64,000 bases of DNA from NCBI GenBank assembly GCA_965223415.1, contig OZ245002.1:544001-608000 (forward strand), given 5' to 3'. A model generated the notes under the pieces. That model did not search any database, was not told where the DNA came from, and saw nothing but the letters and a program-made list of their open reading frames with translations. Positions 1 to 9,672 of this stretch are shown here, piece by piece (within the stretch, counting starts at the first letter, position 1; each line of letters begins with the position of its first letter). Source of the DNA: Myxococcota bacterium. Its GTDB lineage: Bacteria; Myxococcota_A; UBA9160; UBA6930. The position numbers were made by a program, and so were the translations under genes.

Positions 1-222
1 GATACGGACCGGCAGCTCCAGATGGCCAATGTGGTGATGAAGCTGCGCGGAATCAGCTACGAGGAGGCGCGGGCGGAGCAGGCGGCGAGCATCGCGGCGG
101 GCCGGCTCGGCGATCCCGCGGAGCTGGGCGATACCTGTGCCTTCCTGTGCAGCGCCCAGGCGGGCTTCCTCACCGGGCAGAACCTCTCCCTCGACGGCGG
201 CACCTTCCCGGGCACGCTCTGA
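1..222 (+). CDS. SDR family oxidoreductase, C-terminal part (5' truncated by window)
   Basis: C-terminal SDR signature GRLGDPAELG...AFLCS...FLTGQNLSLDGG; frame open from the window edge. Confidence 0.8.
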   Translation, partial: DTDRQLQMANVVMKLRGISYEEARAEQAASIAAGRLGDPAELGDTCAFLCSAQAGFLTGQNLSLDGGTFPGTL

Positions 223-1919
223 TGGGCGACACCGATGTCTCCACGCTGCCGGTCCTGATCGTCGGCGCCGGCCCGATCGGCCTCACCGCCTCGATCCTCC
301 TCTCCCGCCTTGGCGTGGCCCACGAGATCGTCGAGCGACGCGACGCGCTCCATCAGTCGCCCCAGGCCCATGTGATCTCCGCTCGTACCCTGGAGGTCTT
401 CCGGGCCGCCGGCGTCGATCCGGAAGCCCTGGCGGCAGTCTCGACCCCGGCCCAGGACACCGGCTGCGTCCGCTACGTGTACTCGCTGGCGGGCCCCGAA
501 CTCGGCGTGCTCCCGATCGTCGATGCGGAGCGGGCCGCCAGCGTGCTGGACGCGACGCCCTGCGTGCCGACGAACATTCCCCAGCACCGGCTCGAACCGG
601 TGCTGCTCGATGCCGCCGAGAAGGCCGGCGGGCACGTGCGTTTCGGGCACGCTTGGGAGGGCAGGGAGGCCGACGCGGAAGGCGTGACCTCGATTCTGCG
701 CACGCCGGAGGGCGGGACCCGCCGCGTGCGCAGCCGCTACCTGCTGGGCTGCGACGGTGCCGGCAGCCGCGTGCGCAGGGCCCTCGGCATCGAGCTCGTC
801 GGCCCCACCGAGCTGCAGCGCTTCGCGATGGTCGACGTCGCGGTGAACCTGCGGCCCGTGGTGGGGGAGCGCACCGCCCTCCTCTACTGGAGCCTCGACC
901 CGGCCGAGCCCGGGGTGATGATCGCCCACGACCTGGGCGAGCGCGTCGTGTTCATGCTCATGCAGCCGCCCGGGCAGCCGACCCCGACCCCCGACCAGGT
1001 GCGCGAGCGGATCGCGGCCCGGATCGGCACCGAGACCCGCTTCGAGGTCCTCCGCGTCGACGAGTGGGTGATGACCGCCCAGGTCGCCGAGCGCTACCAG
1101 GAAGGTCGCGCGCTCCTGATCGGCGACTCCGCCCACCGCTTCCCGCCGACGGGCGGGCTGGGCATGAACACCGGCGTGGCCGACGCGTTCAACGCCGCGT
1201 GGAAGCTCGCGGCGGTGCTGGAGGGCCGGGCCGAGCCGTGGCTCCTCGACACCTACGGCGCCGAGCGCCGCGCCGTGGCCCAGGCCAACACCGACCAGAG
1301 CGTCGCCAACTTCCAGCAGACCGGACGCATCCTGGGCGCCCTCGCGCTGAGACCCGAGGACGACCTCGACGCCCAGCGGGCCTGGGTGCGCAGCCTTCCG
1401 GACGATCCGGAGCGGCAGGCCCGCCTCCAGCAGGCCATCGACGACGACGCACGACACTACGACCTGCTCGACCTGGACCTGGGCGCGCGCTACGGGAGCG
1501 AGGCCGTCGTCCCGGACGGAACGCCGGAGCCGGAGTGGGCGGCGGGCACCTACGTCGCCACGTCGCGTCCCGGCGCGCGGCTGCCCCACGCCTGGCTCGA
1601 GCGGGACGGCCAGCGCGTCTCGACCCTCGACCTGGTGCCTCTGGACCGTCCGCTCCTGCTGCTCGGTCGCGAGGGCGACGCCTGGACGCGAGCGGCGGAG
1701 GCGCTCGGCGTGACCACGGCGATGGTCGACGGCGAGCGCCTCGCGGACGCGGACGGCCGCTGGAGGGAGCTGCGCGAGGTCGGCGAAGACGGCGCCCTGC
1801 TCGTCCGCCCGGACCACCACGTGGCCTTCCGGGCAGCGTCGCTCCCCGGCGACCCGGCCGCGAGCCTGCGGCATGCACTCACCTCCGGTCTCGGCCGGCC
1901 CCTGGAGGCAACCTCATGA
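222..1919 (+). CDS. FAD-dependent monooxygenase (PheA/TfdB-like aromatic hydroxylase)
   Basis: VLIVGAGPIG Rossmann motif, GCDGAGSRVR, IGDSAHRFPPTGGLGMNTG, C-terminal PGARLPH and LVRPDHHVA; ATG at 222 overlaps the upstream TGA. Confidence 0.9.
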   Translation: MGDTDVSTLPVLIVGAGPIGLTASILLSRLGVAHEIVERRDALHQSPQAHVISARTLEVFRAAGVDPEALAAVSTPAQDTGCVRYVYSLAGPELGVLPIVDAERAASVLDATPCVPTNIPQHRLEPVLLDAAEKAGGHVRFGHAWEGREADAEGVTSILRTPEGGTRRVRSRYLLGCDGAGSRVRRALGIELVGPTELQRFAMVDVAVNLRPVVGERTALLYWSLDPAEPGVMIAHDLGERVVFMLMQPPGQPTPTPDQVRERIAARIGTETRFEVLRVDEWVMTAQVAERYQEGRALLIGDSAHRFPPTGGLGMNTGVADAFNAAWKLAAVLEGRAEPWLLDTYGAERRAVAQANTDQSVANFQQTGRILGALALRPEDDLDAQRAWVRSLPDDPERQARLQQAIDDDARHYDLLDLDLGARYGSEAVVPDGTPEPEWAAGTYVATSRPGARLPHAWLERDGQRVSTLDLVPLDRPLLLLGREGDAWTRAAEALGVTTAMVDGERLADADGRWRELREVGEDGALLVRPDHHVAFRAASLPGDPAASLRHALTSGLGRPLEATS

Positions 1920-2512
1920 GCTCGATTCCCGCTCCTGCCCGCGAACGCGGGCGAATCGCTCCCGCCAAGCTCGCCCACATCGTCCTGCGCACCACTTTCG
2001 AGCGCTTCGCGGCACTCGTGGCTTGGTACAAGACCGTGCTCGAGGCGAAGGCGGCCTTCGAGAACGCGGCCATCAGCTTCATGACCTACGACGAGGAGCA
2101 TCACCGCCTGGCCATCGTCGCCATCCCCGGCCTCGGCGAGAAGGTCACCCACTCGGTGGGGGTGGATCACGTCGCCTTCACCTACGCGTCCCTGCCCGAC
2201 CTGGTGGCGACCTACGAGCGCCTGAAGGCGGAGGGCATCACGCCCCGCACGGTGATCCACCACGGGCCGACGATGTCCCTCTACTACCTGGACCCGGATC
2301 GCAACCAGGTGGAGCTCCAGATCGACGTGTTCGAAAAGCTGGAGGACGCGGCGACCTTCTTGGCGTCCGGTCACTTCGAGAAGAACCCCATCGGAGCCGT
2401 CTTCGACTTCGAGGACATCTGCCGGCGCTACCACGACGGTGAGCCGGTGGAGGAGCTGATCCGCCCGATCGAGGGCCCGATCCCCGGACCGGACGCCTTC
2501 GGCGAACACTGA
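1916..2512 (+). CDS. VOC family protein (single-domain extradiol dioxygenase-like)
   Basis: LAHIVLRT, DEEHHRLAI, GVDHVAFTY, HHGPTMSLYYLDPDRNQVELQ; ATGA overlap with the upstream gene. Confidence 0.85.
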   Translation: MSSIPAPARERGRIAPAKLAHIVLRTTFERFAALVAWYKTVLEAKAAFENAAISFMTYDEEHHRLAIVAIPGLGEKVTHSVGVDHVAFTYASLPDLVATYERLKAEGITPRTVIHHGPTMSLYYLDPDRNQVELQIDVFEKLEDAATFLASGHFEKNPIGAVFDFEDICRRYHDGEPVEELIRPIEGPIPGPDAFGEH

Positions 2513-2535
2513 GCCGCCGGGGTACCTTCCCGGTC

Positions 2536-3600
2536 ATGACACTCGAACCCGCCGAACACAGCGCCGCGGGCCTGGACACGGCCTGGGCCGGCCTCGCCGC
2601 TCCGGGTAGCTGGTTCACCGGCGCCGAGCGCGTCGGGATCGCCCGCGAGGCACGCGCCGCCAGGGCCTGCGGGCTTTGCGCCGAGCGCAAGGCGGCGCTC
2701 TCGCCCTACGCGGTCGGCGGCGAGCATGCCTCCCCCGTCGTCGATGCGGTGCATCGGATCACCAGCGACCCGGGGCGGCTCAGCCAGAAGTGGTACGACG
2801 AGACGCTGACGGCGGGGCTCAGCGCCGAGCAGGTGGTCGAGATCACGGGAGTCGTCGGCGTCGTCACCGTGGCCGATACGCTGGCGCGAGCCCTGGGCCA
2901 GCCACTGCGCGAGCTACCTGTGCCCTCCGCCGGTGAGCCCGGCCGCACGAAGGTGCCCGGCGCCGTCGTGGCCGGGGGCTGGGTTCCGATGGTGGCCGTC
3001 GACCGTGCCGAGGGCATGGTCGGGATGGTCTACGAGCAGATCGGCCAGGCCGCGGGCTTCGTCTTCAACGTGGTGCGCGCCCTGACCTCGGTGCCCGAGG
3101 CGATGCAGGGCTTCTTCAGCGCCTTCGGGCCGAACTACCGCACCCACGGCCCGGTCGGCCCCGGCGGCCTCGACCGCCCGCAGGTCGAGCTGCTGGCGTC
3201 CTCCACCTCGGCGATCAACGACTGCTTCTATTGAACGGTCTCCCATGCATCGCTGCTCCGTGCGAGCGGCCAGCAGACCGGGACCGAGATCGACGTGCGG
3301 ATCGCGACGGGCCGGGCGACGAGCGTCGACGGCGGCGTGCCCCACGGCGAGGTGCTGCGCTGCTTCGCCGCGGCCGTGCTGGGCGACGGGGACGGGCTCG
3401 ACGAAGCCCGCGCGGCCTGCGTCGAGGCGGTGGGCGCGAGCGCGACCGTCCAGGCCGCCTCCATCATCGCGAGCTTCGACGGGATCAACCGCGTCGCCGA
3501 CGCCACCGGAATCCGCCTCGATGCGGAGACCGCCCAGGGGATGGGCGTGGGCATCACCGAGGAGCTCGAGCTCGGCGAGCTGGCCGCGGCCCGGGCTTGA
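2536..3600 (+). CDS. Alkylhydroperoxidase (AhpD/CMD-like) selenoprotein; UGA at 3232-3234 read as selenocysteine (354 aa, U233)
   Basis: Read-through gives RPQVELLASSTSAINDCFY-U-TVSH, matching the AhpD ELxAxxxSxxNxCxYCxxxH motif; the frame stays open to TGA at 3598-3600; SECIS-like hairpin 3' of the UGA; selD in window. Confidence 0.85.
3236..3280 (+). promoter_or_regulatory. Putative bacterial SECIS element
   Basis: Lower stem CGGTCT(3236-3241)/AGACCG(3275-3280); upper stem GCTGCTC(3252-3258)/GAGCGGC(3264-3270); loop CGTGC with G at loop position 2, starting after a 24-nt gap from the UGA. Confidence 0.7.
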
Positions 3601-3601
3601 G

Positions 3602-4765
3602 CTACTCCCAGGCGATCCCGAAGCGCTTCACGTAGGCGCCGAAGCGCTCCTTCACGCCGGCGACGGAGAGGCCGTACTCCTCGAGGCCGTAGTCGTGACT
3701 GCCGTGGCGGCCCTTGGGATGGCTCTCCACCCGGGCGCGCATGGCCGCCTCGGCCCGGGGCTCGAGGGCGAGGCCGAAGTGGTCATAGATGCGCCCGGCA
3801 CAGGCGAGCCCGTCGGCAACGAAGTCGTCGTGGGTCACGTCCACGAAGCGGGCCGGGTCCAGGGCGTCCCGAGCGGCGAGGCCGCGCTCGAGGGAGGTCG
3901 CGTACCAGTCCATGACCACCGGGCCGAGCTCGGCCTTCTCCGCCCCCTCGCGGGTCGCCATCAGCGTATGGGTCATGCTGCAGATGGAGGCCACGGCGAG
4001 GAGTGGCGTGCGATGGCTCCAGACGATCGAGACGTCGGGGAAGGTGTCCACCAACGCGTCGATGCCCCACATGTGGGCCGGCGCCTTGAGCAGCCAGCGC
4101 TCGCCGGGCCGCTGCCAGTCGAGGAGCTGGAGGATCTTCTTCTGGTAGGCGTACATGCCGCGCAGATCGCGCTCCCGCAGCCAGCTGCCGTAGGGCTCCA
4201 TCATGCACTCGACGCCCATCTGCACGCCGGACAGGGCGTAGGCGTGGACCAGAACGCACTCCTCCGGCGTGTCCGCGCTCGTGTAGTGGATCTTGGTGAA
4301 CGCCGGGTTGACCTCGCGCCCCTTCGCGTAGTGGGCCTCGATCGCGTCGCGCCGGGGGTCGGGCGCGCCTCGGCGCTCCGGCGAGAAGCCGGGGAGCGGA
4401 TCCGGGAACTGAGTCTCCCACAGCCGGAGCGGGCGGGCGGCCGGATCCTCGCCCAGCAGGTTGAAGAGTGCCGAGGTGCCGGAGCGCGGGAGGCCGGTGA
4501 GCACCATGGGACGGGGCACCGGCCGCTCGAGCACCTCCGGGTGTTGCTTCCAGGCATCCTCCAGACGCAGCCGCGTCGAGAGGAGGTTCACCAGCCGGCG
4601 CTGGTTCCGCTTGCGACCCTTCTCGGTGTAGGGGTGGCCCTCGTAGGTGGCGATCAGGGCTCGAAGGCCGTCGCGGAAGTCCGGGTCGCCGAAGTCCGCG
4701 AGGCCCGTGGCCTCGCGCGCCGCGGCCAGCAGCGCTTCCTCGTCCAGGGCGTAGGGATCACCCAC
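3602..4765 (-). CDS. Sulfotransferase family protein
   Basis: PAPS-binding GLPRSGTS, PEEC, RWLLKAPAH; GTG start overlapping the upstream stop. Confidence 0.85.
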   Translation of the reverse strand: MGDPYALDEEALLAAAREATGLADFGDPDFRDGLRALIATYEGHPYTEKGRKRNQRRLVNLLSTRLRLEDAWKQHPEVLERPVPRPMVLTGLPRSGTSALFNLLGEDPAARPLRLWETQFPDPLPGFSPERRGAPDPRRDAIEAHYAKGREVNPAFTKIHYTSADTPEECVLVHAYALSGVQMGVECMMEPYGSWLRERDLRGMYAYQKKILQLLDWQRPGERWLLKAPAHMWGIDALVDTFPDVSIVWSHRTPLLAVASICSMTHTLMATREGAEKAELGPVVMDWYATSLERGLAARDALDPARFVDVTHDDFVADGLACAGRIYDHFGLALEPRAEAAMRARVESHPKGRHGSHDYGLEEYGLSVAGVKERFGAYVKRFGIAWE

Positions 4766-5888
4766 GGGCGAGCTCCTCGCGGAGGTCGGCGAGGGCAACC
4801 AGCCGACAGCTGGGCTCCGGATGGGACTCGGCGCGGATCCAGCGCCAGCACATGGTGCCCTCGACGTGGCCACAGGGATCGAGCCAGTTGTCGCAGCCGG
4901 GATCCTCGTGGGCCACCACCACCCGGACCGACCCGTCGGACCGCGTGACCGCCGTGCCCTTGTTCAGGTGGATGTCGTGGTAGCGGTAGTCGAGGGACTC
5001 GAGCCAGTAGTTCGCGAGCTGGAAGTTCCAGTAGTCGCAGACCGGCGGGGTGGCCTCGATGACGAGGGCTTCACCCGGTCGGATGCGAAAGGCGCTGTGG
5101 TAGTAGGCGATGTTCGGATCGCCGCCGGCGGCGAAGGCCTTCTCGTGGGGGAAGCGCGGGAGCTGGTTCACGTGGGCCTGGAAGCCGTCGGACCAGTCCT
5201 TGAACAGCGTCGAGCAGCCCATCACGAAGCGGGCGGCGCCCTGCAGCATGCGGTCGAGGCGCGCGGGCTCGAGGGGCCGCGGCGTGGAGGGCCCGTCGAT
5301 GCGCTCGATCTCCACACGCGCCAGATCCTCTTCCCGATGGTGCACGCGGGTCTGGCGAATCTGGATCATGCGGGTCTCGGGCTTCATGGGCAGCCAGTTG
5401 ACGGCTTCGGCGGGCCGCTCCGCGGCGACCAGGATCTCGAAGCTGCCATCCGGCTCGAGGGCCAGGTCCTTGGCCTCGAGGTAGCCGGTCGTGTCCAGGC
5501 TCCCGGTCGCGCCGTAGTTGCCCGCCTGGGTGCCGAAGCCCAGATAGTGCACCGTCCCGCGGGTGCCGGTGATCCGGTAGGTGTAGGCACCGTTTACCGG
5601 CGCGTTCAGGTAGACGTTGTCCGGGTTGTCCATGCCCATCTTGATCGTGGGCCCCGTCGTCTGCTGGAAGGCCGGCGCCTGGGCGTCCGACGCCTCGACG
5701 AAGGTGTCGAGCGCCGCCCGGGTGAGCCGCGACAGGTAGCGCCAGCCCTCGGCGCGAACCAGCGGATCGTCCGGCGTGTCCCCGGCCAACACCGCACCCC
5801 CGGCTGCCTTCAACGTGTCACAGAACTCCTCCCAGCTCCGTCCGTCGACGACGCGCTGGAGGGCCTCCCGCTCCTTTTCTCGAGCCAT
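4758..5888 (-). CDS. DUF1214 domain-containing protein
   Basis: RAEGWRYLSRL, KMGMDNPDNVY, YWNFQLANYWLESLDY, HEDPGCDNWLD; typical partner of the adjacent sulfotransferase. Confidence 0.75.
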   Translation of the reverse strand: MAREKEREALQRVVDGRSWEEFCDTLKAAGGAVLAGDTPDDPLVRAEGWRYLSRLTRAALDTFVEASDAQAPAFQQTTGPTIKMGMDNPDNVYLNAPVNGAYTYRITGTRGTVHYLGFGTQAGNYGATGSLDTTGYLEAKDLALEPDGSFEILVAAERPAEAVNWLPMKPETRMIQIRQTRVHHREEDLARVEIERIDGPSTPRPLEPARLDRMLQGAARFVMGCSTLFKDWSDGFQAHVNQLPRFPHEKAFAAGGDPNIAYYHSAFRIRPGEALVIEATPPVCDYWNFQLANYWLESLDYRYHDIHLNKGTAVTRSDGSVRVVVAHEDPGCDNWLDPCGHVEGTMCWRWIRAESHPEPSCRLVALADLREELARG

Positions 5889-5918
5889 CGTGCGAGCTTA
5901 ACGCAACACGGGGGACGT

Positions 5919-7019
5919 TCAGATGTCGAGGACGGTGCGGACGCCGCGGCTGGCGCGAAGGTCGTCCATGGCCTGGTTGATCTCGGCGAGGGGACGCCGG
6001 GCGGTGATGAGGGCCTCGAGGTCGAGGCGACCGGCCTGCCAGAGGGCGATCAGGCGCGGGACCTCGAGGAGGGAGTTGCAGCTTCCGAGGAGCGAGCCCA
6101 CGAGCTTCTTGCCCGAGACGGGGACGAGCGCGGCGGGGGCGAGGGTGATGCTCTGGTCGACGGGGGGCGCGCCGATCGCGACAACGGTGCCGCCGTTCCG
6201 AGTGGCGTTCCAGCCGCTCTCGACCAGGCTGGCGAGGCCGGCAGTCTCGAAGGCGTAGTCGACGCCGATGCCTGCGGTGAGGTCGCGGCAGGCGGTCGCC
6301 ACGTCGTCGCCCGTCGGGTCGAGCTGGTGGGTGGCGCCGAACAGCTTCGAAGCCTCGCGCCTCTCGGCGACCGGATCGGAGACGATGATCTGCGCCGCCG
6401 ACGCGAGCCGCGCGCCCTGCACCACCGAGAGACCGATGCCGCCGAGCCCGAGCACGAGCACCGTCGCGCCCTCCACTACCTGCGCCGTATTCAGCACCGC
6501 GCCGACTCCCGTCTGCACCGCGCAGCCGATCACGCACGCCACGTCCAGCGGCACCTCCTCGGGGATCTTCACGGCGCCGTTCGCCAGCGTGACCGTGTAC
6601 TCGGCGAAGCCCGCGACGTTGAGCCCGCGGTACACGGAAGTGTCGCCGCGGGAGAGCCCGGTGGAGCCGTCCGAGAAGGTGTTCGTCATGATGCTTGTGG
6701 AGTTGACGCACAGGCTCCACTCGCCGCGCGTGCACCAGTAGCAGGTGCCACAGGGCGGGCACGGCGTGAGCACGACCGGATCGCCGGGCGCGTGGGAGGT
6801 GACGCCCGCGCCCACCTCCTCGACGACGCCGGCGGCCTCGTGGCCCAACACCAGGGGCAGCGTGCCGGGCACGGCCCCGTCCACCACGGTGAGGTCCGAG
6901 TGGCAGATCCCGCAGTTGCGGACGCGGACCTTCACCTCGCCGGGACGGGGGTCGCGGATCTCCACGTCGTCGACGACCGCGAGAGGCTGGCCCTGGGTCT
7001 CGAGCAGTGCTGCGCGCAT
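5919..7019 (-). CDS. Zn-dependent alcohol dehydrogenase
   Basis: GICHSD, GHEAAG, CGTCYWC...C structural zinc site, GCAVQTG, GLGGIG; RBS GGAGGA upstream. Confidence 0.9.
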   Translation of the reverse strand: MRAALLETQGQPLAVVDDVEIRDPRPGEVKVRVRNCGICHSDLTVVDGAVPGTLPLVLGHEAAGVVEEVGAGVTSHAPGDPVVLTPCPPCGTCYWCTRGEWSLCVNSTSIMTNTFSDGSTGLSRGDTSVYRGLNVAGFAEYTVTLANGAVKIPEEVPLDVACVIGCAVQTGVGAVLNTAQVVEGATVLVLGLGGIGLSVVQGARLASAAQIIVSDPVAERREASKLFGATHQLDPTGDDVATACRDLTAGIGVDYAFETAGLASLVESGWNATRNGGTVVAIGAPPVDQSITLAPAALVPVSGKKLVGSLLGSCNSLLEVPRLIALWQAGRLDLEALITARRPLAEINQAMDDLRASRGVRTVLDI

Positions 7020-7097
7020 GGCGATGTCCTCCGGCCCCGCAGGGTAGCCCCGGATTCCCGGCTGCCGCCGCCGCGGCGAGCGCGGTAGGATCGCACC

Positions 7098-8516
7098 ATG
7101 TCCGCCTCCGCCGAGGCCATCCGCGCCCGCCTCGACCATCCGGTGATCGACTCGGACGGTCACGACATCGAGTACCTGCCCCTGGTCCGCGAGCACCTCC
7201 GCGAGCTGGGCGGCGACGGCGTCCTGCCGGGCTTCGACGCCATGGTGAACGGCGCCCAACTCAGCCGGGGTCTCGACCTCGAGCAGCGCCGGCAGCTCGG
7301 CGTGATCCGCATCCCCTGGTGGGGCCTTCCCGCCGAGAACACCCTCGACCGCGCGACGGCGATGCTCCCGCGCCTCTTCCACGAGCGCATGGACGAGCTG
7401 GGCCTCGACTTCGCCGTCGTCTACCCGACCTACGGGCTGATGGCGATGTCGGCGGAGCCGGCGGAGCTGCGCCGGGCCATGTGTCGGGCCTTCAACCGCT
7501 ACCACGCGGAGGCCTTTGCCGGACTCGGCGATCGGCTGACACCGGTCGCCGTCATCCCCATGCACACGCCCGAGGAAGCGCTCGCCGAGCTCGACCATGC
7601 GGTGGCTGAGCTCGGCCTGAAGGCCGTCCTCGTCACCGGCCACGTGCTGCGCCCCTTCGAGAGCGAGAGTTCCTCGCGCATGGCCCGTTGGATCGACACC
7701 TTCGGTCCGGAGAGCCCCCACGACTACGACCCGGTGTGGGCGCGCTGCCAGGAGCTCGGCGTCGCTCCCACCTTCCACTCGAGCGGAATGGGCTGGGGAA
7801 GCCGCGCCTCCCACACGAACTACGTCCACAACCACGTCGGCAACTTCGCGGCCGCGGGGGAGGCGATCTGCCGCTCCCTCTTCCTCTCCGGCGTTCCCTG
7901 GCGCTTCCCGGAGCTGCGCTTCGCCTTTCTCGAGGGCGGCGTCGGCTGGGCGCGCAACCTCTACTCGGACCTCATCGGACACTGGGAGAAGCGCAACCGC
8001 GAAGCGATCCGGCTCTACGATCCCGCTTCCCTCGACCGGGACCGGCTCGCCGAGCTCTTCGCCAAGTACGCCGATCCCGCGGCGGCCCGGCACGCCGGGC
8101 AGCTCCCGGAGAGCCTCCACCTGCTCTCGGAGCCGGACGAGCCGGAGGACGCGCGCGACGAGTTCGCCGCCTGCCCCATCGCACGGGCCGAGGACATCCG
8201 CGACATCTTCGAGCGCTTCTTCTTCGGCTGCGAGGCGGACGACCCGATGAACGCGATCGCCTACGATCGCCGCAGCGCGCCGCTGGGCGCGACGCTCCAC
8301 GCCGTCTTCAGCTCCGACGTAGGCCATTGGGACGTGCCGGACATGCGCGGTGTCCTCCCCGAGGCGTGGGAGCTCGTCGAGGACGGCCTCGTCGACGAGG
8401 GGGACTTCCGGCGCTTCGTCTTCGCGTCCCCGGCGGCCCTCTGGTGCGCGGGCAACCCGTCGTTCTTCGACGGCACCGCCGTGCAGGAGGCCGTCCAGCG
8501 CGAGCTCCAGGGGTGA
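7098..8516 (+). CDS. Amidohydrolase family protein
   Basis: PVIDSDGH, PTFH, FPELRFAFLEGGVGW, FSSDVGHWD. Confidence 0.85.
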   Translation: MSASAEAIRARLDHPVIDSDGHDIEYLPLVREHLRELGGDGVLPGFDAMVNGAQLSRGLDLEQRRQLGVIRIPWWGLPAENTLDRATAMLPRLFHERMDELGLDFAVVYPTYGLMAMSAEPAELRRAMCRAFNRYHAEAFAGLGDRLTPVAVIPMHTPEEALAELDHAVAELGLKAVLVTGHVLRPFESESSSRMARWIDTFGPESPHDYDPVWARCQELGVAPTFHSSGMGWGSRASHTNYVHNHVGNFAAAGEAICRSLFLSGVPWRFPELRFAFLEGGVGWARNLYSDLIGHWEKRNREAIRLYDPASLDRDRLAELFAKYADPAAARHAGQLPESLHLLSEPDEPEDARDEFAACPIARAEDIRDIFERFFFGCEADDPMNAIAYDRRSAPLGATLHAVFSSDVGHWDVPDMRGVLPEAWELVEDGLVDEGDFRRFVFASPAALWCAGNPSFFDGTAVQEAVQRELQG

Positions 8517-9526
8517 AGGTCCTCGTTACCGGCGGCACCGGCTTCACCGGCTCCCACTCGGTGCGCGCCCTGGTCCAGGCGGGTCACGAGGTCCGTCTGC
8601 TGGCGCGCAGCGCGGAGAAGGTGAGGCGGGTGTACGGGCCCCTCGGCCTGGCGATGGAGGACGTCGTGCTGGGCGACATGACCGATCCGTCCCCGGTGGG
8701 CGAAGCGCTCGAGGGCTGCGACGGCGTCCTCCACGCCGCGGCCATGGTGGATCTGAAGGCCCGGAACGCGAGCCAGGTGATCGCCACGAACACCACCGGC
8801 GTGGCGAACGTGATCGGCGCCGCGGTGGAGCGCGGCATCGAACGCATCGTCTACGTCTCGAGCCTGGCGATCTTCTTCCGGCCGGGCTGCCCGCCCCTGC
8901 ACACCGGGATGTCCATTCCGCCGGCGTCCACAGCCTACGGCGAGTCGAAGACCCGCGCCGAGATCCAGGTCCGTACGCTCCAGGCCCGGGGGGCGCCGAT
9001 TCACGTGACCTATCCCGTGGGCATCATTGGACCGGACGATCCCGACATGAGCGACGCGAACCACGCGGTCTACTCCTGGTTCCGGGACCTGACCGTCCGC
9101 ACTTCCAGCGGCTTCCAGATCGTGGACGTGCGTGACGTCGCCGACCTGCACTGCCGGCTCCTCGAGCACGAAGGCCCGCCGGGTCGCTTCGCCGCAGCCG
9201 GCGAGACCGTGGCCTGGAACGACATGCCCGACTTCATCGAGTCGATCACCGGCACCCGACTCCGCTACCTGACGATCCCGGGGCCCCTGCTGCGCGCTCT
9301 GGGCCGCGTGGGCGACGCCGTCAAGCGCTTCCGGGACTTCAGCTTCCCGCTCACCCACGAGTCGATGACCTTCGCGACCCAGTGGCCGGGGACCGAACGG
9401 CCCGAGGCCAGCGAGGCCCTGGGCTTGCGCTGGCGACCGGCCCGGGAGACCTACGAGGACACGCTGCGTTGGATGTATTGCGCGGGCCACCTAACAGCCG
9501 AGCAGGTCGGGCGGCTGGCCGACTGA
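8513..9526 (+). CDS. NAD-dependent epimerase/dehydratase
   Basis: KVLVTGGTGFTG, HAAA, YGESK, VDVRDVA; GTGA overlap with the upstream gene. Confidence 0.85.
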   Translation: MKVLVTGGTGFTGSHSVRALVQAGHEVRLLARSAEKVRRVYGPLGLAMEDVVLGDMTDPSPVGEALEGCDGVLHAAAMVDLKARNASQVIATNTTGVANVIGAAVERGIERIVYVSSLAIFFRPGCPPLHTGMSIPPASTAYGESKTRAEIQVRTLQARGAPIHVTYPVGIIGPDDPDMSDANHAVYSWFRDLTVRTSSGFQIVDVRDVADLHCRLLEHEGPPGRFAAAGETVAWNDMPDFIESITGTRLRYLTIPGPLLRALGRVGDAVKRFRDFSFPLTHESMTFATQWPGTERPEASEALGLRWRPARETYEDTLRWMYCAGHLTAEQVGRLAD

Positions 9527-9672
9527 TCCGGGTTTCGGGGAAAGGCCCGACGCCTCCTCCGGCAGCCGCCCCACTCCACCGCGCGTTTTCCTCCGGGTTC
9601 TCCGGATCGACGGCTTGCTCCGTCAAGGAGGTCTCGGAGTGCGCCGAAGACGGCCGAGGGGAGACCGGCCAG

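Noticed and set aside
3295..3600. Independent 101-aa gene
   Set aside because: It is in frame with 2536..3234, and the His of the AhpD motif lies between the two ORFs. It is better explained as the post-Sec part of one protein.
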